Source: Mobula hypostoma (lineage: Eukaryota). Taken from it: a stretch of DNA of 64,000 nucleotides. Both the position numbers and the translations under genes were made by a program. How positions within the stretch are numbered: the stretch's first letter is position 1; the number at the start of each line of letters is the position of its first letter. The notes under the pieces were generated by a model, which was not told where the DNA came from, made no database searches, and worked only from the letters and a program-made list of their open reading frames with translations. Positions 51,535-62,314 of the stretch are shown here, one piece after another. Location: the NCBI RefSeq assembly GCF_963921235.1, contig NC_086101.1, positions 4,342,001-4,406,000 of the forward strand, in the 5' to 3' direction.

Positions 51535-51904
51535 ATCTAACTGCCCATTTCACCTCCACTCCCCCTGCACGGGTATCCAATAATACCAGCTCCATGGAGA
51601 CAGATAACATCTAACTCTCCATTTCACCTCCACTCCCTCTGCACGGGTATCCAATAATACCAGCTCCATGGAGACAGATAACATCTAACTCTCCCTTTCA
51701 CCTCCACTCCCCCTGCACGGGTATCCAATAATACCAGCTCTATGGAGACAGATAACATCTAACTCTCCATTTCACCTCCACTCCCTCTGCACGGGTATCC
51801 AATAATACCAGCTCCATGGAGACAGATGAGATCTAACTCTCCCTTTCACCTCCACTCCCCCTGCAGGGATATCCAATGATGCCAGCTCCATGGAGACAGA
51901 TAAG
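51535..51904 (+). repeat. 74-bp tandem repeat x5 spanning the acceptor of exon 51867
   Basis: Units start at 51535, 51609, 51683, 51757, 51831 (atctaact..). Confidence 0.97.
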
Positions 51905-52012
51905 TTTGAGGAGCTTCCCCTTTGCAGCTGCCGGATGGAGGCACCCAAGATCGACCGCATAACCGAGCTCTCCAACAACACCTGCATGGCCACGGAGAGC
52001 ACATACGGGCAG
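51867..52012 (+). CDS. EHMT2: EHMT2 exon (phase 1-0, 146 nt): GISNDASSMETDKFEELPLCSCRMEAPKIDRI...TYGQ
   Basis: ccccctgcag acceptor, CAG|gtgggt donor; strongly conserved peptide. Confidence 0.95.
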
Positions 52013-52665
52013 GTGGGTGGTGGCCTTCCTTTAGTGAGATTGTGATGCTCCTTGTTGGTGGTGGGCTGTGGTACAGGGGAATGGGTTTGGGAAGCCCGAG
52101 ATCAGAGAGTTAAATTTAAAGGGATCTGGGATTTAAAAGAATATGGGAATGGGTTCTGGAAGGTCAGGGGACTGTGGGAATGCTCCTGAAGAGCTGTCTT
52201 TAAGTTTCCAGCGTATGTCAGTTTGGGGGAGGAGCTTGTGCTCAGGATAGGGTGAGGGATGGTGTTGCGAGGCTGCAGGGTTTCCCTCTAAATGGAGCAT
52301 TACTAGTCTTGGGGGAAGCATTTGTGAAGAATTTCCTGAGGGTTGTGCTTGGATGATGGGGTAGAGTAGAGGGATTCTCCTTCAGGTTAAGGGAGAGCTT
52401 TTAGGGGAGGGGAGTGGTTGAAGAGAGGGCTTTGTAGATCAGGGTGGAGGGAAGTGGTTCAGATGGTGGGGTTGGAGTAGGGGTGTTGGCACTGGAGAGA
52501 GGTGTTTTGGCAAAGAGGACATGTTTAAATGGCCGGAGGAGGGGACTAAGCTGGCTGGAGGATGGATTCAGAGGTTGATAGAGTGAGTTCGGAAGCTGGT
52601 GGATTGGCTGTGGTGGACTGTTGGTCACTGGCAGGCTTTGACTTACTCCCTGTTGCTTCCCCCAG

Positions 52666-52809
52666 CTGAGTGGCTGCAGTAACAGTATCACCAAGTGTGA
52701 GACAATGCGTCCGTCCAGCCGGGTGCCCCTGATGGTGCTGTGTGAGGTGCACCGAGCCCGCATGGTCAAACACCACTGCTGTCCAGGCTGCGGCTACTTC
52801 TGTACCACG
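52666..52809 (+). CDS. EHMT2: EHMT2 exon (phase 0-0, 144 nt), Cys-rich region LSGC...[20 protein letters not shown]
   Basis: ttcccccag acceptor, ACG|gtaagt donor; very similar to vertebrate G9a as remembered. Confidence 0.96.
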
Positions 52810-53044
52810 GTAAGTTCCAACCTGTGCAGCCAGGCACCTCTGCACCTCCAGCTGACCTGAGCACAAAGTGGGTGGGTCTGAATTGCAGTGCTCAATGCAT
52901 GCGGCAGGCAGCTCTCCTCTTCCCGGCGCAATGGATCTATTATTATTAATTTATTTATTTAGAGATACAACACGGAAGAGGCCCAGCAACCCGCCGATTT
53001 ATCTCTTGTCTAATCAAAGTTCAAAGTAAACTTGTAATCATTGT

Positions 53045-55730
53045 ACAGCGGAGGCAGGATGGCAGACTTGGCAGTGGAATGCTCCCCCTGCAGGATGTGG
53101 GGATTCATAAAACCAGGTAGTCTCCCTGATGACTCCACTTGCAGGAAGCACAGGCAACTCCTGCTCAAGAAAGACCACATTAGGAGCTGGAGCTGGATGT
53201 ATTTAGGACCATCCGGAGGCAGAGCAATTGATAGATACGACTCTTGAGCAGATGGTTACAGCCAGAGTGCAGAATTTGGGGAGTAGATGGGTGAAAACCA
53301 AGACAGGTAAAGGGAGAAGGAAGTCAGTGCAGGGTCCCCCTGTGGTCATTCCCCTTGACAACAGGCATATCCCTTTGGATACTGCTGAGGGGGATGACCT
53401 CTCTGGGCAAGGCAGCAGCAGCCAGACCAATAGCACTGTGGTTGGTTCTGAGAAGGGTAGGGTGAAGTCAGGTGAAGCAGTGGTCATGGGGGACTCAATA
53501 GTTAGGGGGACAGATAGGAGATTCTGCGGCAGCAAAAGAGACGCCAGGATAGCGTGTTGCTTCATGGGTGCTAGGGTCCAGGATGTCTGAGCAGGTGCAG
53601 AGTATTCTTGAAGAGGAGGGTGAGCAGCCAGTCATGGTACATATTGGTACCAATGACATGGGCAGGAGAGGGGTAGGGCTCCTGCGCAGTAAGTTTAGGG
53701 AGTTAGGGAGGAGTCTGAAGAGCAGGACCTCCAAGGTGGTAATCTCCAGATTACTCCTGGTGCCACGAGCTAGTGAAGGTCAGAACAGGAAGATAGCGCA
53801 GATGAATGAGTGGCTGAGATTGTGCAAGACAGGGTTTCAAGTTCTTGGATCATTGGAACTTCTGGGGAAGGGGTAACCTGTACAAGTGGGATGGGTTGCA
53901 CCTGAACTGGAGGGGAACCAATATCCTGGGAGGGAGATTTGCTAATGCTGTTGGGGAGGGCTTAAGCTATAATTGCAGGGGGGTGGGAACCGAACGAGGA
54001 TGGAACGATTGGCGCACAGGTAGTGACAGCTTGTAGGAAGTTTATGAGGAAGGGTAGGCAAATGATAGAGTAAAGAAGCACTCAGCCAGATGTTTTGAGA
54101 TGTGTCTATTTTAATGCAAGGAGTATCATAAGCAAGGTGGATGAACTTAGAATGTGAATAAATATGTAGAACTGATGTTGTGGCCTTTACAGAGACTTGG
54201 ATGTCTCAGGCAGGAATGGCTGCTGAGCACGCCAGGCTTTAGATGTGACAGGGAGGGAGGCTAAAGAGGTGATGGCATGACATTGCTAATCAGGGATAGT
54301 ATCATGGCTACAGAAAAGGAGGAAGTCATGGAGGGATTGTCTTCTGAGTCAATGTGGGTGGAAGTCAGAAACAGGAAGGGGGCAATAACTCTACTGGGTG
54401 TTTTTTTATAGACCCCCCCCCCCAATAGTAATAGAGACATCGAGGAACAGATAGGGAGGTCAGATTTTGGAACGGTGCAATAATAATAGGGTTGTTGTGA
54501 TGGGTGATTTTAACTTTCCAAATATTGACTGGCATCTCCTTAAAGCAAGGGGTTTAGATGGGGTGGACTTTATTAGGTGTGATCAGGAAGGTTTCTGATG
54601 CAATATGTAGATTAGAAAACTAGAGGAAAGGCTGTACTTAATCTGGTATTGGGAAATGAACCTGGTTAGGTGTCAGATCTCTCGATGGGAGAGCATTTTG
54701 GAGGTAGTGATCACTACTTTCATCTCCTTTACCATGGTGCTGGAGAGGGATAGGAGCAGACATTTTGGGAAAACATTTAATTGGGGTAGCGGGAAATATG
54801 ATGTTATTAGGCAGGAACTTGGGAGCAGATGTTCTCAGGGAAATGCAGGGCAGAAACATGGCAAATGTTCAGGGAACATTTACATGGCATTCTGGATAGG
54901 TTTGTTCCATTGAGACAGGGAAAGGAGGGTAGGGTGACAAAACCATGTAGTACAAATGATGTAGAAAATCTAGTTGAGAAGAAAAGAAAAGCTTACAGAA
55001 GGTTCCAGAAACTATGGACTGTTCGAGCTCTGTAACATTACAAGGGTGCCAGGAAGGAGCTTAAGAATGAAATTAGGAGAGCTAGAAGGGGCCGTGAGCC
55101 GGAATAAGAAAATCCCCAAGGCATTCTACAAGTATGTGAAGAGCAAGAGGATGAGTCGTGTGAGAACAGGACCATTCAGAAGCGAGAGTGGAAATATGTG
55201 CATAGAGCCAGAGGAGGTAGTGGAGGTAGCTTCAGTATTCACCAGAGAAAAGGACCTTGGCAGTTGTGGGATGATTTACAACAAACTTGAAACGCTTGAG
55301 CGTATAGACATTAAGAAAGAGTATGTGCTGGAGCTTTTGAAAGGTATTAAGTTAGATCATTTGCCAGAACTGGATGAGATATACCCCTGGCTACTGTGGG
55401 AAGCAAGGGAGGAGATTGTGGAGTCTCTGGTGATGATCTTTGCATCATCAATAGGGACAGGAGAAGTACCAGAGGATTCGAAGTTTGCAAACATTGTTCC
55501 CCTGTTCAAGAAAGGGAGTGGTGATAACCCAGGAAATTATAGACCTGTGAGTAGGCTTCAGTGTTGGAGAAGATCCTGAGAGGCAGGATTTATGAGCATT
55601 TGGAGTGACATCATCTGATTAAGGACAGTAAACATGGCTTTGTGAAGGGCAGGCCGTGCCTCTCGAACCTGACTGAATTGTTTGAGGAGGTAACAAAGCA
55701 CATTGATGAAGGTAGAGCAGTGAATGTAGT
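53045..55730 (+). mobile_element. Near full-length but 3'-truncated CR1 LINE (ORF1 esterase, endonuclease, part of RT), degenerate
   Basis: VECSPCRMW, VMGDSIVRG, HIGTND, YFNARSI, GDFNFPNIDW, PGNYRPVS. Confidence 0.92.
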
Positions 55731-55997
55731 ACAAGCTTGTACTACATGGTGGGAATTGAACCCTGTTCAGTGATCACTGGTATTGTAAAGCTTTAGGCTA
55801 ACTGCCACATTACCGTGTCTCTTAAGTAATCGATGTAGTGAGTACAAAAGTTGAGCAATGACGGAATGCAGAATGTAGTGTTGCAGTTACAATTCCTGGG
55901 CATGAGGGTGCTGCCCCTTCCCAGGTGCAGGAGAAGCTGCTCTTTCTGGCTCATGCTGCTATCGCCTGGCTGTGGTTAATTCCGCGCTTCTCCGCAG

Positions 55998-56224
55998 GGA
56001 TCCTTCCTGGAGTGCCACCCTGACTTCCGGATCACCCACCGCTTCCACAAGAACTGCGTGTCCCAGCTCAATGGCATGATCTTCTGCCCGCACTGTGGCG
56101 AGGATGCTTCCGAGGCCCAGGAGATCACCGTGGCCAAAGCTGACACCTCCACCATGGTGCCTGCACCCGCCCCCCGCAGCCAGGACCATCTGATGAATGG
56201 CAGAGCAGACACCACACACGCCAG
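55998..56224 (+). CDS. EHMT2: EHMT2 exon (phase 0-2, 227 nt): GSFLECHPDFRITHRFHKNC...FCPHCGEDASEAQE...GRADTT
   Basis: ttctccgcag acceptor, AG|gtgagg donor; conserved peptide. Confidence 0.96.
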
Positions 56225-57486
56225 GTGAGGATGGTGGGTGGGGGCAGCGGAGGTGTCCTGTGTACATATGTTAGGATAGTGAATGCTGAGACCCACAAAA
56301 TTGGGGCCCAGATTTCTCTGCATGGGAGTACAGAGCTCTCCACACCGTGTTAGTGATCTCGCTTCGCACAAGAACATAAAGATTAGAAATTAGCTTTATT
56401 TCTCACACATATATCGAAATAGCGAAATGCGTAGTTTCTGCCAACGACCAACGTGGTCCGAGGATGTGCTGGGAGCACCTGTAAATGTCACCATGCTTCC
56501 GACACCAATACACAGTATGTATAAAAAATATTTACCCCCCCCCCCTTGGAAGTTTTCAAGTTTTACTCTTTTACTACATTGAATCACAGTGGATTTAATT
56601 CAGCTTTCTTGACACTGATGAACAGAAAAAGTCCATGTCAAAGTGAAAACAGATCTCTACAAATTAATTTCTCTAAATTAATTGTGAATATAAACCACAA
56701 AATAATTGCGTAAGTATTCACCCCTTTTAATATGACACACCAAATCATCACTGGTGCAGCCAGTTGGTTTTAGAAGTCACCTAATTACTTAACTGGAGAT
56801 CTGTTTTTGAAGACCCGTGCGCAGTCTAGGTGTGTCAATTGATTTTAGTAAAAATACTCCTGTATCTAGAAGGTCTGTCCAACTGCTGGAGAGTCAGTAT
56901 CCTAGCAAAAACAACACCGTGAAGACAAAAGAACACTCCAAGCTACTCTGCGAAAAAGTGATTGAAAAGCACAATTCAGGGGATGGATACAAGGAAATTT
57001 CCAAGTCACTGAATATCCCTTGGAGTACAGTGAAGAAATGGAAAGAATATGGCACAACTGTAATTTTCCCTAGGTCCTCAAAAACTGAGTGACCGTGCAA
57101 GAAGGGGACTAGTGAGGGAGGCCACCAAGAGACCTGTGACAATTTTGGAGGATTTACAAGCTTCAGTGGCTGATATGGGAGAGACTCCATATGACTGTTG
57201 CCCAGTGCTTCGCCGGTAGCAGCTTTATGGGAGAGTGGGAAAGAGAAAGCCACTAATGAAAAAACTCACATGAAATCTTGGCTAGAGTTTGTCAGAAGGC
57301 TCTGAAGTCAGCTGGAAGAAGGGTCTATGGTCTGATGAAACCAAAATTGAGCTTTTTGGCCATCAGACTAAATGCTATGTAAGCCAAAAACCGCACGTCC
57401 TCGAAAACACACCATCCCTACCATGAAGCATGGTGGTGACTGCATCCTGCTGTGAGGATGCGTCACTTGTGAAGGTAAGGGTAAAA

Positions 57487-60400
57487 TAACAACAGGGTTG
57501 TCAAGGTTGGGAGATATTAATTTCCCAAATATTGATTGGCATCTCCCTAGAACAAGGGGTTTAGGTGGGGTGGAGTTTGCTAGGTGTGTTCAGGAAGGTT
57601 TGCTGAACACTATGTAGATAAACCTACAAGAGGAGAGGCTGTACTTGACCTGTTATTGGGAAATGAACCTGGTCAGGTGTCAGGTCTCTCAGTGGGAGAG
57701 CATTTTGGAGACAGTGATCACAATTCTATCTCCTTTACCATAACATTGGGAGGATTAAGAGCAGACAAGTTAGGAAAGCATTTATTTGGAGTAAGGGGAA
57801 ATATGAAGCTATCAGGCAGGAAGCCTAAATTGGGAAGAGAAGTTCTCAGGGAAATGTATGACAGAAGTGTGGCAAATGTTCAGGGGATATTTGGCGTTCA
57901 GCATAGGTCTGATCCAATGAGACAGGGAAAGGATGATAGGGTCTAGGAACCTTGGTGTACAAAGGCTGTTCAAAATCTAGCCAAGGTTATAAGGCTAGCA
58001 GGAAAGACCTTAAGAATGAAATTAGGAGAGCCAGAAGGGGCCATGAGAAGGCTTTGGCGAGCAGGATTAAGGAAAACCCCAAATCAAGTATGTGAAGAGC
58101 AAGAGGATAAAACATGAGAGAATAAGGCCAATCAAGTGTGACAGTGGAAAAGTGTGTATGGAACCGGTGGGGAAAGCAGAGATACTTAATGTATACTGTT
58201 ACGTAAACGGCAACAATGAATATCAACTGAGACAGGTTATATAAAAATAACCAAACATTTATTAATCACGGATAAACGATAAGGAAAAAAAAACAAAACT
58301 AAAACTTTAACCGGAAGTTAACAGATATGCAGCCGTTCACCAACTCGCCACTCGGCTCTGGTTCTTAAAGCGTTAAATGCGGAAACAGTTCTTAAAGCGA
58401 TAACTTTGAAAATCCAACAGATTTACACGTTCAATTGGGAGAGACTTCTCTGGAGAAGGATTTCTTCACAGACGCAACTTTCCTGCTGGTTCTGTCCACA
58501 GGATTCATGATGCCGAAAATAAACAGTTTAAATCAACTGACTTTAAATTCCTTTAGAGAGAGAGAGAGCACCTTTTTGCATGAACTCTTTGCTCTTTTTG
58601 GCAAGAGTTATCTCGATGCAGGTTGCTACCCCAACTAAGAATCAATAAGGTCGATCCTTTATTAAATTGCCAAACGATGGCAACTCCTCTTGATCCCTCG
58701 ATCCTGCACTTTGATAAGTTCTTCACTCTCCCTTCTGATGTTGGAATTGAGTAAACCAACACATCTAGCAAAAATTTCCAGTCCAATAATATGGTATCTT
58801 GCAACAGAACGCACGCTCCGTTTTAAAATTGAAACTGCGTCACAAAAACAAACGCAACAGAAACGGAGATACAGCACGTTCTACCTGGAAATCTGCAAAC
58901 TCAAAAACCAACTGCGTCACCTGGGTCGACCCTTATATAGTCATGGGTCACATGTCATCACGTGACCTCACATCGGCGGGAAAATCACATTAGGTGACCT
59001 CCAAAAGACCATTACATCATTCTCACAAAAAAACACAGATCTCCTTGAGCACGTAACAATACTTTGCTTCAGTATTCACTACGGAAAAGGATCTTGGCGA
59101 TTGTAAGGATGACTTACAGCAGATTGAAAAGCTTGAACATACAGACATTAAGAAAGAGGATGTGCTGGAGCTTTTGGAAAGCATCAAGTTGGATAAGTCT
59201 CTGAGACCAGATGAGATGTACCCCAGGCTACTGTGGGAGGCAAGGGAGGAGACTGCTGAGCCTCTGGCAATGACTGGAGGGTTGCAGATGTTGTTCCCTT
59301 ATTCAGAAAGGGTGTAGAGATAGCCCAGGAAATTATAGACCAGTGAGTCTTACTTCAGTGGTTGGTAACTCGATGGAAAAGATCTTGAGAGGCAGGATTT
59401 ATAAACATTTGGAGAGGCATAATATGATTAGGAATAGTCAGCATGGCTTTGTCAAAGGCAGGTCGTGCCTTACGAGCCTGATTGAGTTTTTTGAGGATGT
59501 GCGTAGTAGATATAGTGTATATGGATTTCAGCAAGGCATTTGACAAGGTGCCCCATGCAAGGCTTATTGAGAAAGTAAGGAGGCATGGGATCCAAAGGCA
59601 CCTTTCTTTGTGGATCCAGAATTGGCTTGCCCACTGAAGGCAAAGAGTGCTATAGATGGGTCATATTCTGCATGGAGGTTGGTGACCAGTGGTGTGCCTC
59701 ACGGATCTGTTCTGGGCCCCCTTCTCTTCGTGATTTTTATAAATGACCTGGATGAGAAAGTGGAGGGATGGGTTAGTAAATTTGCTGATAACACAAAGTT
59801 TGGGGGTGTTGTGGATAGTGTGGAGGGCTGTCAGAGGTTACAGCAGGACATTGATAGGATGCAAATCTGGGTTGAGAAGTGGCAGATGGATTTCAACCCA
59901 GATAAGTGTGAGGTGGTTCATTTTGGTAGGTCAAATTGATGGCAGAATATAGTATTAATGGTAAGACTCCTGGCAGTGTGGAGGATCAGAGAGATCTTGG
60001 GGTCCGAGTCCATAGGACGCTCAAAGCAGCTGCGCAGGTTGTCTGTGTGGTTAAGAAAGCATACGGTGCATTAGCCTTCATCAACTGTGGGATTAAGTTT
60101 AACAGCTGAGAGGTAATGTTACTGCTATATCGGACCCTGATCAGACCCCACTTGGAGTACTATGCTTAGTTGTGGTCGCCTCACTACAGGAAGGATGTGG
60201 AAAGTATAGAAAGGGTGCAGAGGAGATTTACAAGGAGGTTGCCCGGATTGGGAAGCATGCCTTATGAGAATAGGTTGAGTGAACTCGGCCTATTTTCCTT
60301 GGAGCAACGGAGGATGAGAGGTGACCTGATAGAGGTGTACAAGACGATGAGAGGCATTGATCGTGTGGCTAGTCAGAGGCTTTCTCCCAGGGCTGAAATG

Positions 60401-60674
60401 GCTAACTCAATAGGGCACAATTTTAAGATGCTTGGAAGTAGGTACAGGGGTAAGATTTTTACACAGAGAGTGGTGAGTGCATGGAATGGGCTGTCGGCGA
60501 CAGTGCTGGAGGCCGATACAATAGGGTCTTTTAAGAGACTCCAAGATAGGTCCATGGAGCTTAGAAAAATAGAGGGCTATGGGTAACCCTAGGTAATTTC
60601 TAAAGTAAGTACATGTTCGGCACAGCATTGTGGGCCGAAGGGCCTGTATTGTGCTGAGGTTTTCTATGTCTTCT
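57487..60674 (+). mobile_element. CR1 LINE (endonuclease to 3' end), degenerate, containing a solo LTR
   Basis: ORFs 57584-57946, 59343-59543, 59610-59939, 60170-60586; CR1 tail at ~60660. Confidence 0.92.
58197..59058 (-). mobile_element. Solo LTR (862 bp, Gypsy-type termini)
   Basis: TGTTACGT...ACGTAACA inverted termini, exact 4-bp TSD ATAC (58193-58196 / 59059-59062); - strand TATATAA at ~58933-58939 and AATAAA at ~58258-58263. Confidence 0.85.
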
Positions 60675-62131
60675 ATGAATGCAGCAAAATACAGGGAAAT
60701 CCTGGAGGAAAACCCGATGTGGTCTGCAAGGGAACTGCGACTTGGGAGAAAACTTGTTTTTCAGCAAGACAATCACCCGAAGCATAAATCCAAAACTACA
60801 CAGGAATGGCTTAAAAACAACAAAGTTAATGTCCTGGAATGGTCAAGTCAGAGTCCGGACCTCAATCCAATTGAGATTTTGTGGCTGGACTTAAAAAGGG
60901 CTGTTCATTCACGATCCCCACGCAATGTGACAGCTTGAACAGTTTTGTAAAGAAGAACGGGGAAAGATTGCAGTGACCAGATGTGCAAAGCTGACGGAGA
61001 CCTATCCACACAGACTCAAGGCTGTAACTGCTACCAAAGGTGCATCTGCTAAATACTGACTTGAAGGGGGTGAATACTTCTGCAATCAATTGTTTTGTGT
61101 TTTATATTTGTAATTAATTTTGATCACTTTGTTGAGATCTATTTTCACTTTGACACGAAATAGTATTTTTCTGTTGATCGGTGTCAAAAAAAGCCAAGTT
61201 AAATCCACTGTGATTCAATGTAGTAAAGCAATTAAACATGAACACTTCCGGGGGGGGGGGGGGGTGAATTCTTTTTATAAGCACTATAGCATGCCCACAA
61301 CTTACCGATCCTGACCCATACGTCTTCGGAATGTGGGAGAAAACTGGAGCATGTGGAGGAAAGCCACACCCCGTCACAGGCAGAATGTAGAAACTACAGA
61401 CGTGGCAAGAATTGAACCCAGGTGGCTGGCTCTGTAAAGCGTTGCCATACACTCCCAGCTCTCCCTACAGAATTGAACCAGGATCAGTGATCGCTGGTGC
61501 TCTGAAGCGTTGCAGCAACCGCTGTGCTACTGTGCTGTCCCTAACTCCCACATTGAAAACCAAGCCTCTGTCTCCAACAGCAAGCTGCCTCCTCTGGGTT
61601 GCAAGTACTCTTCCCCCACTTCCCAGCACTAGTGACACAAGGGCTACCCTCTGCACTGAGACACCCTGCCCCCTTGTTGACTCTAAGTGTAATAACTGTG
61701 TCTTTAGTCTCATTCACACCCACCTTATCTCCCTGCCCTCAAACTATTGGTCCAAGCCAAGTATGTTTCTATGATGCTGATTCTCCACATCCCTCTGCAG
61801 CTTTGTCCCTTCCCTGCCTCTGTAAAGTCCTCCAGCACTCTGAGCTCTCTCTGCACCTCCACTCCTAGCCTTTTGCCTGTCCCAGAGGTTAATCACTGCC
61901 TCGAGGTCTGGACTTAGACCATAAGACATAGGAGCAGAGTTAGGCTATTTGGCCCGCCGAGTCTTCTCCGCCATTCCATCATAGCTGATTAATCAAGAAC
62001 CTATCAGCCTCCACTTTAAGTATACCCAATGGCACCCGTTTGTGGCAATGAATTCCACAGATCCACTACAGAGCCAGCCTGTCGTCTCTTCTCACAGCCC
62101 TCAGCATATTGTTTCCTTTCTGCTGCCACAG

Positions 62132-62314
62132 CGCCAGGATGAGCGGGAATGGGGAGGCAAAGCGGTCGAGCCTGGAGCCCCCGGTGGACAGCATCGACAG
62201 CTCAGGACCATCCATCACCCTGTCCTCCGGCAAAGTGTTGTCGGCTGTCGGACTCCCCCCTGGGCCTGGCCGCGAGGCGCTGGAGAAAGGACTGGCCATG
62301 CAGCAGTCGGAAAG
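62132..62314 (+). CDS. EHMT2: EHMT2 exon (phase 2-2, 183 nt): SARM...IDSSGPSITL...GPGREALEKGLAMQQSER
   Basis: tgccacag acceptor, AG|gtgagt donor; matches DSSGPSLTLPNGGCLSAVGLPLGPGREALEKAL. Confidence 0.95.

Larger units (their letters stand above)
56513..61286 (+). mobile_element. Tc1 (DD34E) transposon, same family as 23256-25520, inserted in a SINE and interrupted by CR1
   Basis: KTKEHSK..EKVIEKHNSGDGYK, WSDETKIELFG, QQDNHPKH...SPDLNPIE (34-residue spacing counted); long TIRs at both ends. Confidence 0.92.
12134..62314 (+). other. EHMT2: EHMT2 (G9a) gene, internal portion: 13 coding exons, 1961 nt spliced in frame (5' and 3' ends outside window)
   Basis: Manually spliced GT-AG exons with consistent phases. 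They contain G9a-diagnostic peptides [107 protein letters not shown] and GPGREALEK, recognised from memory of human EHMT2. Confidence 0.95.

Noticed and set aside
51535..51904. Regular repeat array resembling CRISPR
   Set aside because: Contiguous 74-bp units with no unique spacers, eukaryotic intron context, no cas genes.
52750..52764. HRARM in the Cys-rich exon as a fourth histone mimic
   Set aside because: Met, not Lys, follows AR; it is the ordinary conserved G9a/GLP sequence.
12134..62314. Assignment to EHMT1 (GLP)
   Set aside because: Peptides such as GDDFSLFYDSYSVD, EVPLGSL, EAPKIDRI and ECHPDFRI match my recollection of EHMT2 rather than EHMT1.
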